Shown here in pieces: positions 36,434-50,748 of a DNA stretch of 64,000 nt. The translations under genes were made by a program, and so were the position numbers. Origin of the DNA: the human T2T-CHM13v2.0 reference genome, Homo sapiens; assembly GCF_009914755.1 (NCBI RefSeq), contig NC_060925.1; one strand, written 5' to 3'. The stretch's first letter is position 1. Each line of letters starts with the position of its first letter. Below the pieces are notes generated by a model, which was not told where the DNA came from, did no database searches, and saw only the letters and a program-made list of their open reading frames with translations.

Positions 36434-37658
36434 CACTGACCACCTGTAGCCTCCCTATCAAAAATCCTTAACCCAGCAGGTTTCCTAACAGGGGATCGAA
36501 ATCTTAATTAATTACCATACAAAGGTCCGACCAGATCTAGGAGGAACTCCCTTCAGGACAGGACGATAGATAGTTCCTCCTGGGTGATTAAGGGAAAAAG
36601 ACACAGTGGGTATTCAGTAAGTGATAAGGAAACTCTTGTAGAAGCAGAGTTAGGAAAATTGCCTAATAACTGGTCTGCTCAAACATGTGAGTTGTTTGCA
36701 CTCAGCCAAATCTTAAAGTACTTACAGACAGTAAGGAGACATCTATACCAATTTTAAGTTAATATGGACTGACCGAGGTCTTATTAATAGCAAAGAATAA
36801 TTGAAATCCCAAACTTACAAGTTTTTCAACAAAAGTAAAGTTTGCTAAAAAAGTTAACAGTGTAACATGTATTATCCTAACTTCTAATCTTATGGAAATC
36901 AGACCCTATCTGTGCCCCTCAAAGCTCAAGTCTGTCAGCACAGAGCCATACAACTAATACCCCTACTTATAGGGTTAGGAATGGCTACTGCTACAGGAAC
37001 CAGTTTACCTACTGCATTATCCTACTACCACACACTCTCAAAGGATTTCTCAGACAGTTTGCAAAAAATAACAAAATCTATCCTTACTTTACAATCCCAA
37101 ATAGACTCTTTGGCAGCAGTGACTCTCCAAAACTGCCGAGGCCTAGACTTCCTCACTGCTGAGAAAGGAGGACTCTGCACCTTCTTAGGGGAAGAGTGTT
37201 GTTTTTACACTAACCAGTCAGGGATAGTACGAGATGCCACCTGGCATTTACAGAAAAAGGCTTCTGAAATCAGACAACGCCTTTCGAACTCTTATACCAA
37301 CCTCTGGAGTTGGGCAACATGGCTTCTCCCCTTTCTAAGTCCCATGGCAGCCATCTTGCTGTTACTCGCCTTTGGACCCTGTATTTTTAACCTCCTTGTT
37401 AAATTTGTTTGCTCTAGAATCAAGGCCATCAAGCTACCAATGGTCTTACAAATGGAACCCCAAATGAGTTCAACTAACAACTTCTACTGAGGACCCCTGG
37501 ACCAACCTGCTAGCACTTTCACTGGCCTAGAGAGCTCCCCTCTGGAGAACACTACAACTGCAGGGCCCCTTCATTGCTCCTATCCAGCAGGAAGTAGCTA
37601 GAGCTGTCATCGGCCAAATTCCCAACAGCAGTTGGGGTGTCCTGTTTAGAGGGGGGAT
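36434..37658 (+). mobile_element. HERV9-type internal fragment (deleted pol RNase H remnant, env TM, polypurine tract)
   Basis: RNase H-like segment WSAQTCELFALSQILKYLQ at about 36671, an env TM ORF, and the PPT AGAGGGGGGAT (37648-37658) immediately before an LTR12 start. Confidence 0.88.
36912..37490 (+). pseudogene. Retroviral env transmembrane subunit ORF (HERV9/HERV-W clade), SU missing
   Basis: Cleavage-site remnant QHR|AIQLIPLLIGLGM, immunosuppressive domain LQNCRGLDFLTAEKGGL (from 37125), CX6CC motif CTFLGEECC, and TM anchor WLLPFLSPMAAILLLLAFGPCIFN. Confidence 0.9.
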
Positions 37659-38039
37659 TGAGAGGTGACAACATGCTAGCAGCCCTTGCTCGCTCTCAGC
37701 ACCTCCTCAGCCTCAGTGTCTGCTCTGGCCATGCTTGAGGAGCCCTTCATTCCTTCACTGCACTGTGGGAGCCCCTCTCTGGGCTGGCCGAGGCCAGAGC
37801 CAGCTCCCTCTGGGGAGGTGTGGAGGGAGAGGCGTGGGCGGGAACTGGGGCTACGTGTGGTGCTCACAGGACAGCGCAAGTTCCAGGTGGGTACAGGCTA
37901 GGTGGGCCCTGAACTCAGAGTGGCCAGCCGGTGCCACCGGCCCCAGGCAGTGAGGGGCTTAGCACCCAGGCCAGCAGCTGTGGAGGGTGCACTGGGACCT
38001 CCCGCACTGCCGGCCCACCCACGCTGCACTTGAATTCTC
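37659..38039 (+). mobile_element. LTR12 3' LTR, truncated after about 380 bp of U3
   Basis: Starts TGAGAGGTGACAACATGCTAGC directly after the PPT and breaks off at ...GAATTCTC. Confidence 0.9.
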
Positions 38040-38201
38040 CCTGCAAGCAGAGGGAGCGGGCTCTGGCCTCACCCAGCCCAGAGAGGGGTTCCTACAGTGC
38101 AGCGAAAGGCTGAAGGGCTCCTCAAGTGTGGCCAGAGTGGATGCCGAGGCCAAGGAGGAGCTGAGAGTGAGCGAGGGCTACTAGCACGTTGTCATCTCTC
38201 A
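38037..38201 (-). mobile_element. Inverted LTR12 5'-end fragment (about 165 bp)
   Basis: The reverse complement reads TGAGAGATGACAACGTGCTAGTAGCCCTCGCTCACTCTCAGC..., collinear with 37659 onwards. Confidence 0.9.
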
Positions 38202-38588
38202 TTAGGAGAACAGAGCTGGGGACAGTGGTGGTGCAGGACAGGGCAAAGGAAGGAGCCATGCAAGGGCAGGTTTGCAGCTGGAGCTAGCTTCAGCCTGACC
38301 CCCCAGGAGCTGAAGCTATCTTCAGCCTCACCCCCCAGGAGCTCTGGAGCATGAATCTTAGCAGAGTTGGTCCCACCTGCAGGCCAGGGAGCTGCCCTTG
38401 TTAGTGAGTTACGGTGGTGGGATGCCTAGAGGTGAAGCTGCATAACCTCCCTGGCAAGGTGCTTTCACTTCTGCCAAGGATGATTTTCTAGAAGTGGGAG
38501 TGGGCACTGAGCCATTAGCAATCCACACCCACAGCAGTTAGGTGTGCCTAGTCCTGCAGATCTGGATGGGACAGTAAAGTTCACTGCA
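38202..38588 (-). mobile_element. Old ERVL LTR (LTR16-like)
   Basis: GGAGCTCTGGAGC...TGAGCCATTAGCAATCCACACCCACAGCAG...GATCTGGATGGGACA...CACTGCA resembles antisense LTR16. It contains a roughly 30-bp tandem duplication at about 38280-38344. Confidence 0.55.
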
Positions 38589-39219
38589 CCTAAGGAAACC
38601 TGTCTCTCTGACCGAGGGGAAGGCTCTGTGGGCACTGCTGTGTGACACAGGGAGCAGACACCAGGTTCTCAGGACAAAGGACTATAACAGTAGTATCAAT
38701 AGTCAATGTCATTCCACGATTTAGGGCCTGGGCACCCAAACCATTGGAGAAAGCTGCAACATGCAAAGGGAAACTGGGTTTCAAGAAGACACTTTTTTAA
38801 AAAATGAGGCCGGGCACAGTGGCTCACACCTGTAATCTCTGCACTTTGGGAGACCAAGGTAGGTGGATCACCTGAGGTCAGGAGTTCAAGACCAGGCTGG
38901 CCAATGGGGTGAAACCCCATCTCTACTAAAAATATAAAATTAGGCCAGGCGCAGTGGCTCATGCCTGTAATCCCGGCACTTTGGCAGGCCAAGGCAGGTG
39001 GATCACGAGGTCAGGAGTTCAAGACCAGCCTAGCCAAGATAGTGAAACCCCATCTCTACTAAAAATACACAAAAATTAGCTGGGTGTGGTGGCCAGTGCC
39101 TGTAATCCCAGCTACTCAGGAGGCTGAGGCAGAGAGTTGCTTGAACTCAGGAGGCGGAGGTTGCAGTGAGCCGAGATCATGCCACTGCACTCCAGCCTGG
39201 GTGACAGAGCAAGACTTCA

Positions 39220-39462
<243 letters not shown>

Positions 39463-40170
39463 TCATGAAAGGGCACAGGAGGTTGTCTGAAAGTTAATTC
39501 ATTGTCAAAACATAGTATTTTTTTCCTCCACTTAACATTGTGTGGTCTGACTCCATGTCTGCAACATCTTCATGCAATCCAGCAGCTCCTGCATGAGAAA
39601 TATTCTATTAACTTTCCATCATTGGCTGGCCCTGGTGCCAGCTTCCTATTTGACAGTGAAATCTGTTAGAGCAGATACGTGACCTACTTTGATGTGGCTA
39701 CGGACAGACGCTCCAACCTCCTGGAACATTCAAAACCTTCTTTTGTCCCTGGAGGGAAAAAGTTAGCACAGCTACTCCAGTTGACTTTAATGAGTGGCTC
39801 CTACCCACAGTATTTCTCCAAAAAGTTTTCAGCCTTGTATGACCCCTTATTAACCAGGAAAAAGAAATGACAACAGAAGAGCATGTTTTGAATATTTACC
39901 ACTTTTCTCCCTTTGCTCCTTCCTTCAGAAGGGAGATCTGCATTACTTTTAATCCTTGGTAAGCATGGAACATAACTTACCATATCCACCTCTTCTAGTT
40001 TGAATCCTTGATTTTTATTGTTACTCTGTTCAGGACAAAGAAGCAAACTCCAGATACTTAGAGTCAAAGAAGGGAGGAGAAGGCGTAAAGAGTTTTTTTT
40101 GTTTGTTTTTTGTTTGTTTGTTTTGGAGATGGAATTTTGCTTTGTTGCCCAGGCTGGAGTGCAGTGGCGC

Positions 40171-41674
40171 TGTGTCCAGAATTGGTGGGTTCTTGGTCTC
40201 TCTGACTTCAAGAATGAAGCTGCGGACCCTCGCGGTGAGCGTTACAGTTCTTAAAGGTGGTGTGTCCGGAGTTTGTTCCTTCTGATGTTCGGACATGTTC
40301 AGAGTTTCTTCTTTCTGGTGGGTTCATGGTCTCGCTGGCTTCAGGAGTGAAGCTGCAGACCTTCACAGTGAGTGTTACAGCTCATAAAGGCAGTGTGGAC
40401 CCAAAGAGTGAGCAGCAGCAAGATTTATTGCAAAGAGCAAAAAAACAAAGCTTCCACAGTGTGGAAGAGAACCCCACTGGGTTACCACTGCTGGCTCAGG
40501 CAGCCTGCTTTTATTCTCTTATCTGGCCCCACCCACATCCTGCTGATTGGTCCATTTTACAGAGAGCCAATTGGTCTGTTTTACAGAGAGCTGATTGGTC
40601 CATTTTGACAGGGTGCTGATTGGTGCATTTACAATCCCTGAGCTAGACACAAAAGTTCTACAAGTCCCCACTAGATTAGCTAAATACAGAGTGCTGATTG
40701 GTGTATTTACAAACCCTGAGCTAGACACAGAGTGCTGATTGGTGCATTTACAAACCTTGAGCTAGATGCAGAGTGCCGATTGGTGTATTCACCTTATAAC
40801 CCTTATGACCTTATAACCTTATTCACCTTATAACCCTTAGCTAGACATAAAGGTTCTCCAAGTCCCCACCAGATCAACTAGATACAGAGCGCTGATTGGT
40901 GCATTTACAAACCTTGAGCTAGACCCAGGATGCTGATTGGTGTGTTTACAAACCTTGAGCTAGATACAGAGTGCTGATTGGTGTATTTATAACCCTTAGC
41001 TAGACATAAAGGTTCTCCAAGTCCCCACTAGACTCAGGAACCCAACTGGCTTCACCCAGTGGATCCCACACCGGGGCCGCAGGTGGAGCTGCCTGCCAGT
41101 CCCGCACCTTGCGCCTGCACTCCTCAGCCCTTGGGCGGTCGATGGGACTGGGTGCTGTGGAGCAGGGGGCGGCTCTCATCGGGGAGGCTCAAGCTGTGCA
41201 GGAGCCCATGGTCGGGGGTGCTCAGGCATGGCAGGCTGCAGGTCCCAAGCCCTGCCCCGCAGGGAGGCAGCTAAGGCCTGGCGAGAAATTGAGTGCAGCA
41301 CCAGTGGGCCTGCACTGCTGGGGGACCCAGTGCACCCTCCGCAGCTATGGCCCAGGTGCTAAGCCCCTCACTGCCAGGGGACAGCGGGGACGGCCGGGCC
41401 GGCTGGCCTCTCCAAGTGCAGGGCCCGAGCCCACGCCCACCCGGGATTCACGCTGGCCCACAAGCACCGCACGCAGCCCCGGTTCCCACCCACACCTCTC
41501 CCTCCACACCTCCCCGCAAGCTGAGGGAGCCGGCTCCTGCCTCGGCCAGCCCAGAGACGGGCTCCCACAGTGCAGCGGCGGGCTGAAGGGCCCCTCAAGT
41601 GCGGCCAGAGTGGGCACCGAGCCCGAGGAGGCCCTGAGAGTGAGCGAGGGCTGCCAGCACGCTGTCACCTCTGA
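40171..41674 (-). mobile_element. Full-length LTR12 (C/D/E-type) solo LTR inserted into an Alu
   Basis: Reads TGTGTCCAGAATTGGTGGG...tandem GCTGATTGGTGYATTTACA repeats...GCTGTCACCTCTGA. An imperfect TSD (GCGC/GCTC) flanks it and the host Alu resumes after 41678. Confidence 0.95.
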
Positions 41675-41811
41675 GCTCTATCTCCACTCACTGCTACCTC
41701 AGCCCCCCGGGTTCAAGTGATTCTCCTGCCTAAGCCTCTTTGCCAAAGTGCTAAGATTATAGGCTTGACCCACCGCACGCGGCCCTTATCCGCCAGGTTT
41801 GTGCAGGGCAG

Positions 41812-42376
41812 TGAGGCAGGAGAATAGGGTTGGAGGCAGGGAACCTAAGGCCAATTCATGATGACTTCCTAGAACTAAATCAAAAGGAAAACCCCAACTT
41901 TCCACACCCAAGTAACAAAAGGATCAGAGGCTACTCCCTTTGCCACCCCCACCCTCTTTTTCCATGTGGCTAAAGAAAAATGGAAAGTACCTCTGATTGG
42001 TCCCCTCCCAAAACCAATCAAGCTGGTGGTGGGCCAAATCTTCATTTGCATAAGGCATAATTTTGTAATTTCACTTCAGCCTCTGACTGGTCCCTTCCCA
42101 CAACCAATCAGACTGATTGTGGGCCATTACTTCGTTTACATAGGGTGTGCACCAAGTAACCAATGGAAAACCTCTAGATGGTATTTAAACCCCAGAAAAT
42201 TCTGTAAGCAGGCTTTTCGGCCATTTGCTTAGGCGTGCTTTCTACGCTGTGAAGTGTGCTTTTGTTTTCAATAAATCTCTGCTTTCATTGCTTCATTCTT
42301 TTCCTGCTTTGTTTATGTGTTTTGACCAATTCTTTGTTCAAAACACCAAGAACCTGGACACCCTCCACTGGTAACA
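41812..42376 (+). mobile_element. MER51-type ERV1 solo LTR
   Basis: Reads TGAGGCAGGAGAATAGGG...GGCAGGGAACCTAAGGCC through TGGTAACA, with CCAAT boxes, TATTTAAA at about 42182, AATAAA at about 42270 and TSD GCAG/GAAG. Confidence 0.85.
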
Positions 42377-43399
42377 GAAGTAAAAGGGAACCGTTAACTT
42401 TGAAAAGTCAAATGCCATTTCCAAGGTCAGAGAAAAGGATGAGAATTGTTCGCACTTCAGAATTCTAATCTAGTTCTCTGTACAGCCAGGCTTTTTTTTT
42501 TTTTTTTTAACTTACTTATGCCTAATTCAGCCTATATTGTGGTGTCATCAGAGAACATTATACAAGACTAAGTGACGGTGGAATTTGTTTTGTTTTGTTT
42601 TTGCAGGGGCTCAAAATTGATTTTCCATGTTGTCATTTGCTGGAGCTGTACTGAAGAGGATCTGGTCAGTCTGATAAATAAGTTAATTAAGCAGACAGCT
42701 TTTTCCCCCCTTCTCATTGCTCTATACATGGATTTGGACAAACCCTTTCAGTTTCTCAGAAATTCTTTTTGCTAACAAATAGCTCCTTTCTGGTTTCTGC
42801 TTTCTGAATAAATATGTATGCAGGTTGGTTTGTCCAAATGCACTTCAGGTCTATTTAAGGCGCTGCCTGATCACAGATTGGGAGGAGTGTCAGAGAGAGA
42901 TAAATCAAAGAGCTGTCACCTTCCGCGGCAGCACATTGCAAGGGACATTAGCTCACCTCCAAACCAGACAGAGGTGGCCTGTCTCTATCTGGGTAAAATC
43001 TCCCACTGCTGGAGGTTGGGGTGGGAGTTGGGACAAGGAGCTGTAATTGTCTGCATCAACCTTGGCTCTGGGGAGCTGACAGCCAGGGGACCTCTCCTCT
43101 CTGTCTGGAGTTCTCTCCCTGCACCCTCCCCCACATTTCCTTGTAGTACATTGGTTCCTTCTGGTCCTCCAGGTCTCAGCTTCGGTGCCACCTCCTCAGA
43201 GAAGCCCTCCCTGACGACCTCCACTGTTCCCACCACTCACCCTGTTGATTTCCTCCACAGAACAAAGGTATCTCAGTTTGCCACGATGCACACTCTTGTT
43301 TCTTCCAGATGGCCAGCTCTAGGAAGGCAGGGGCTCACCCATCATATTCATCCGTACTGACCATCCACGCTCAGGTTTCAGGAATTTGAGTGGCTCCGT

Positions 43400-44372
<973 letters not shown>

Positions 44373-44723
44373 TTAGCCAGGTGTGGTGCACATGCCTGTA
44401 ATCCCAGCTACTCGGGAAGCTGAAGCAGGAGAATTGCTTGAACCTTGAACCCAGGTGGCGGAGGTTGTAGTGAGCCGAGATCACACCACTGCACTCCAGC
44501 CTGGGTGACAGAGCAAGACACTGCCTCCAAAAAAAAAAAAAAAAGAAAAAAAAAAAAGAAAAGTGAAGGAAAGAAATGCAAGGTACTTCGAGGAGGTAGC
44601 CTCAGTAAAACAACAGTGTAGTAACAGGAGGTAGAGAGGTGAACACCCATGTGGGGAAAATGATGAATCTAGATAGGAAAAATGCTTCATAAAATAAATA
44701 TTATTTTTGAAGTTTGGAGGAGG

Positions 44724-45474
44724 TGTTATTGAAACATCAGTTCAGCCTAGGTTCTGCTGCTCACTGAACAGAAAGTCAATCACTGAGTCAATTTTTGCCA
44801 AGAAAGAAGGCTTTAATTAGGTGCTGAAGCTGAGGAAATGGGAGCTGGGTCTCAAATCCATCTCCCTGACTAAAACTAAAACAAGGGCTTCATATAGCAA
44901 GGAAGAAATGTAGCAATAGGTAAAAAAAGAGGAACTAGGGAGGAGCAAGGAAGCAATCATGATGAATGAGGGATCCAGTGTCTCATTGTCTGGATTTGGT
45001 GATCTGGTGAGTTTCAGTTCTTTGATACCTTTTTTTTTTTTTTAAGAGGACTGGAGGAAAGAACTCACATAAAACAAATGTGAGTTTCGGCCAGGCGCAG
45101 TGGCTCACGCCTGTAATCCCAGCACTTTGGGCGGGTAGATCACCTGAGGTTGGGAGTTGGAGACCATCCTGACTAACATGGAGAAACCCTGTCTCTACTA
45201 AAACTACAAAATTAGCTGGGCGAGGTGGTGCATGCCTGTAATCCCAGCTACTCAGGAGGGTGAGGCAGGAGAATCGTTTGAACCCAGGAGGTGGAGGTTG
45301 CGGTGAGTCGAGATTGCGCCATTGCACTCCAGCCTGGGCAACAAGAGTGAAAATCTGTCTCAAAAAATCAACAACAACAACAAAAAACAAATGTGAGTTT
45401 CAAGCTGTAAAACCAGAATGGTTAATTTCTATGTTATCCAAAAAACCATCTATGGGACTATTTGGTTGGTTTCA
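44724..45474 (-). mobile_element. ERV1 solo LTR with an internal Alu
   Basis: The minus strand starts TGAAACCAACCAAATAGTCCCATAGA and ends ...AATAACA, with TSD GAGG/GAGA. The Alu inside has TSD AAAACAAATGTGAGTTTC. Confidence 0.7.
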
Positions 45475-45849
45475 GAGAAAGAAATTACTTGTATCTAGGG
45501 GCAGAGAAGGCAACTGCATTTGGTTGTACAGGTTGTGCACTGCACAAGGGTGTAGCATTTCCAACTGCATGCAGCAAGCCCTGCAGAGGAGAATCCAGGA
45601 AAATTCATAGAAGAGGCGGCACTTGAGACTAAGATTTCAAAGGGTGTAAGAGGTTGGCAGATGGCATTCTAGGAAGAAGGAAAAGTACAGGGAGCGCTAC
45701 AGAAGTGGGGGCCCATGGGTGGTTACGGTTGTGTGAGCGCTCTGCTTTTGGGAAAGACAGTAACTTGTGATAAGACTCAAAAAGGGGCTTCAGGAAAGAT
45801 CACGGGAGGCCTTGAATGCCAGGTTCAAACCGCAGTTTATTCTCTCAGC

Positions 45850-48440
45850 CTGGGGTCAGCCAGTTACAGCCCATGGGCCAAATCTAGCCTATAGCCTGTT
45901 AGAATAAGACCTGTGAACTAAAGCTAGACACAGAAAGACGAATACTATATGATCTCATTTATATGTAGAATCTAAAATAGTCACACTCATAGAAGCAGAG
46001 AGTAAAATGGTGGTTGCCATGGACGAGGGGGGAGGGGAGATGGGGAGGTGATGGTCAAAGGGGATGAAGTTTCAATTACGCAAGACAAATCAGTTCTGGA
46101 GATCTACTATATTGCATAGTGCCTGTAGCTAACAGCACTGTACTGTGTCCTTAAAATGTGCTAACGAAGGTCGGGTGAAGTGGCTCACACCTGTAATCCC
46201 AGTACTTTGGGAGGGTAAGGCAGGCAGAGTGCTTGAGCTCAAGAGTTCGAGGCCAGCCTGAGACATAGCGAGACCCCATCTCTACCAAACATGCAAAAAT
46301 TAGCTGGGCCGGGTGTGGTGGCTTACGCCTGTAATCCCAGCACTTTGGGAGACCGAGGAGGTAGTGAGAGGTGACAGCGTGCTGGCAGTCCTCACAGCCC
46401 TCGCTCGCTCTCGGCGCCTCCTCTGCCTGGGCTCCCACTTTGGCGGCACTTGAAGAGCCCTTCAGCCCGCCGCTGCACTGTGGGAGCCCCTTTTGGGGCT
46501 GGCCAAGGCCGGAGCCGGCTCCCTCAGCTTGCAGGGAGGTGTGGAGGGAGAGGCGCGGACGGGAACCGGGGCTGCGCGCAGTGCTTGCGGGCCAGCGGCG
46601 AGTTCCGGGTGGGCGTGGGCTCCGCCGGCCCCGCACTCTGAGCCGCGGGCTGATGGCCCGGGCAGTGAGGGGCTTAGCACCTGGGCCAGCAGCTGCTATG
46701 CTCAATTTCTCGCCGGGCCTTAGCTGCCTTCCCGCCGGGCAGGGCTCGGGACCTGCAGCCCGCCATGCCTGAGCCTCCCCACCCCCCGCCCGCCACCCCG
46801 TGGGCTCCTGTGCGGCCCAAGCCTCCCCGACGAGCGCGGCCCCCTGCTCCACGGCGCCCAGTCCCATTGACCACCCAAGCGCTGAGGAGTGTGGGCGCAG
46901 GGCGCGGGACTGGCAGGCAGCTCCACCTGCGGCCCCGGTAGGGGATCCACTGGGTGAAGCCAGCTGGGCTCCTGACTGGTGGGGACTTGGAGAACCTTTA
47001 TGTCTAGCTAGGGGATTGTAAATACACCAATTGGCACTCTGTATCTAGCTCAAGGTTTGTAAACACACCAATCAGCACCCTGTGTCTAGCTCAGGGTTTG
47101 TGAATGCACCAATCCACACTCTGTATCTAGCTACTCTGGTGGGGACTTGGAGAACCTTTGTGTCCACACTCTGTATCTAGCTAATCTAGTGGGGATGTGG
47201 AGAACCTTTGTGTCTAGCTCAGGGATTGTAAACACACCAATCAGCACCCTGTCAAAACAGACCACTGGGCTCTCTGTAAAATGGACCAATCAGCAGGATG
47301 TGGGTGGGGCCAAATAAGAGAATAAAAGCAGGCTGCCTGAGCCAGCAGGGGCAACCTGCTCTGGTCCCCTTCCAGGGTGTGGAAGCTTTGTTCTTTCGCT
47401 GTTTGCAATGAATCTTGCTGCTGCTGTTTGGGTCCACGCTACCTTTATGAGCTGTAACACTCACCACGAAGGTCCGCAGCTTCACTCCTGAGCCAGTGAG
47501 ACCACGAACCCCACCAGAAGGAAGAAACTCCGAACACATCCAAACATCAGAAGGAACAAACTCCAGACACGCCGCCTTTAAGAACTGTAACACTCACTGC
47601 GAGGGTCCGTGGCTTCATTCTTGAAGTCAGTGAGACCAAGAACCCACCAATTCTGGACACAGTAGGACGGCTTGAGACCAGGAGTTTGAGACCAGCCTGG
47701 CCAACATGGTAAAACCCCATCTCTACTAAAAAACACAAAAATGAGCTGGCCATGGTGGTGCATGCCTGTAGTCCCAGCTACTCAGGAGGCTAAGGCACGA
47801 GAATCACTTGAACCCAGGAGGTGGAGGTTGTAGTGAGCAGTGATCACACCACTGTACTCCAGCCTGGGTGACAGAGCAAGACTCTGTCTCAAAAAAATAA
47901 AATAAAATAATAATTGGCCAGGCATGGTAGTGCATGCCTGTGGTCCCAGGAGGCTAAGTTGGGAGGTTGGCTTCATCCTGGAAGGCAGAGATTGCAGTGA
48001 GCTGTGATAGCACCACTGCACTCCAGCCTGCACTCTACAGAGCCAGACCCTGTCCCAAAAAAATAAATAAATAAATTGCTAAGAGGGTAAGTCTTAAGTG
48101 TTAACACATACGCATTATTATTTATCAAATAATATATGTTATGTATATATTATTTATCAAATAATAATGATAAAGGGACTGGGAGGAAACTTAGGTGACA
48201 GAAATGTCATTGACCTTGATGGTGGTGATGGTTTCACGGATTCACACTTATTCCCAAACTCACCAAGTTGTGTGTACAGCTTTTTACATGTCCATCATAC
48301 AACGATCAAGAGATTTTTTTAAAAAAAATAAATAGTTGTAAAAACAAAACAAGAAATTATCAACAGAGATAGCAGATGGCTGACAAAGCCTAAAATATTG
48401 ACTATCTGACTTTTTACAGGAAGAGTCTCGGAAGGTTCCA
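45850..48440 (+). mobile_element. MER58 (hAT-Charlie) split by an L1MB 3' end (about 45924-48330) that is itself split by Alus and LTR12C
   Basis: MER58 5' part GGGGTCAGCCAGTTACAGCCCATGGGCCAAATCTAGCC and 3' part CAAAGCCTAAAATATTGACTATCTGACTTTTTACAG. L1 3' UTR motifs CATAGAAGCAGAGAGTAAAATGGTGGTTGCC and GATGGTGGTGATGGTTTCAC lie between them. Confidence 0.7.
46365..47661 (+). mobile_element. LTR12C solo LTR inserted into an Alu
   Basis: Reads TGAGAGGTGACAGCGTGCTGGCAGTCCTCACAGCC...CCAATCAGCAC repeats...AATTCTGGACACA. It has a perfect TSD GTAG (46361-46364 and 47662-47665) and a CpG-rich U3. Confidence 0.96.
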
Positions 48441-48955
48441 CTGCTGTGTTTGACAGAGTGATTTGATGATGGATTCATCAGACACAGGAGAATAGAGGAG
48501 GCTGGGAGACCAGGTAAGATGCTGCTGTACTTATCCTAGTTCCAGCAAGGGAGAGCTTGAGCTAGGGGGGGTGGTGGCGGCCAGACCGCCAGACAAATGA
48601 GCCCACCAGGACCAGGTGCCTGTTGTCTCGTTGTGGCTGATAGGATTGCTTTCTTCGCCATCACCATCATCCCTTACAGGGAGATGAGGGACGTGCCACA
48701 AGGCTCCCCATTCTATTGGGTCCCCCATCTCCAACTTGCATCAAAAGTTCTTCATCAAGTTCTATTCAAGATTTTTTTAGTGATGTTTTGCTAAAAATAG
48801 ATTCAGTTGGAAATCACTGGTAGAAAAGACATGGTCGGCCAGGCGCAGTGGCTCACGCCTGTAATCCCAGCACTTTGGGAGGCCGAGGCGGGCAGATCAC
48901 AAGGTCAGGAGATGGAGACCATCCTGGCTAACACGGTGAAACAGCGTCTCTACTA

Positions 48956-49159
<204 letters not shown>

Positions 49160-49956
49160 TCATTTCCAGGAGCTGAAGGAGCTATTTTGTTGTTGCTGTT
49201 GTTGTCGTTATTTTTTGAGAGCGTCTCACTCTGTCGCCCAGGCTGAAGTACAGTGGTGAAATCTTGGCTCACTGCAATCTCTGCCTCCTGGGTTCAAGTT
49301 ATTCTCCTGTCTCAGTCTGCTGAGTAGCTGGGATTCCAGGCGTGGCACGCCCGGCTAATTTTTGTATTTTTATTAGAGTTGGATGTTTCACCGTGTTGGC
49401 CAGGCTGATCTCGAACATCTGACCTGAAGTGACCTGCCCACCTTGGTTTCCCAAAGTGCTAGGATTACAGGCGTGAGCCACCACACTCAGCCATCAGAGG
49501 AGCTGTTTCTAACAAAGAACTGCCAAGGAATTCTATCTTCCTGCCCGCTCTCTCCAGAGCTCTTGGCTTCTGGGTGGTTCTAGGTGTTGATGGTAGGACA
49601 GCATGGCATAGTGGCCTCTGAATGGATGTATCTCACTGGGCACCCAGTTTCCCCTGTGAGCACGAGTGCTCCCCAAGGGAAAAACAGGCATAGAAGGGCC
49701 TGTCTGGGATGGAGGTTTGGAAGGTGTATGAAAGGTACCTGGCTTGTGGCAGCAGGAGCTCACCAGGTAATTATTATTATTATTTTATTATTATTATTAT
49801 TATTTTCATCTTCTTCATGGCTGACATCAGCCTAACACGTGTGTCTATAGCCACATGACTTGAAGAATACCAGGGTTTAAAGAGATCTGAGCAGGCCAGG
49901 TGCAGTGGCTCACACCTGTAATCCCAGCACTTTGGGAGGCCGAGGCCGGCAGATCA

Positions 49957-50205
<249 letters not shown>

Positions 50206-50272
50206 TTAAAGAGATCTGAGCAATGTGAATCCCCAGGGCCTGAACGCAGCCCCATCTCCATAGTGATTTCTA

Positions 50273-50748
<476 letters not shown>

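Noticed and set aside
40590-41030. Spaced direct repeats GCTGATTGGTGYATTTACA resembling a CRISPR array (also at 46980-47260)
   Set aside because: These are the known LTR12 U3 enhancer tandem repeats carrying CCAAT boxes.
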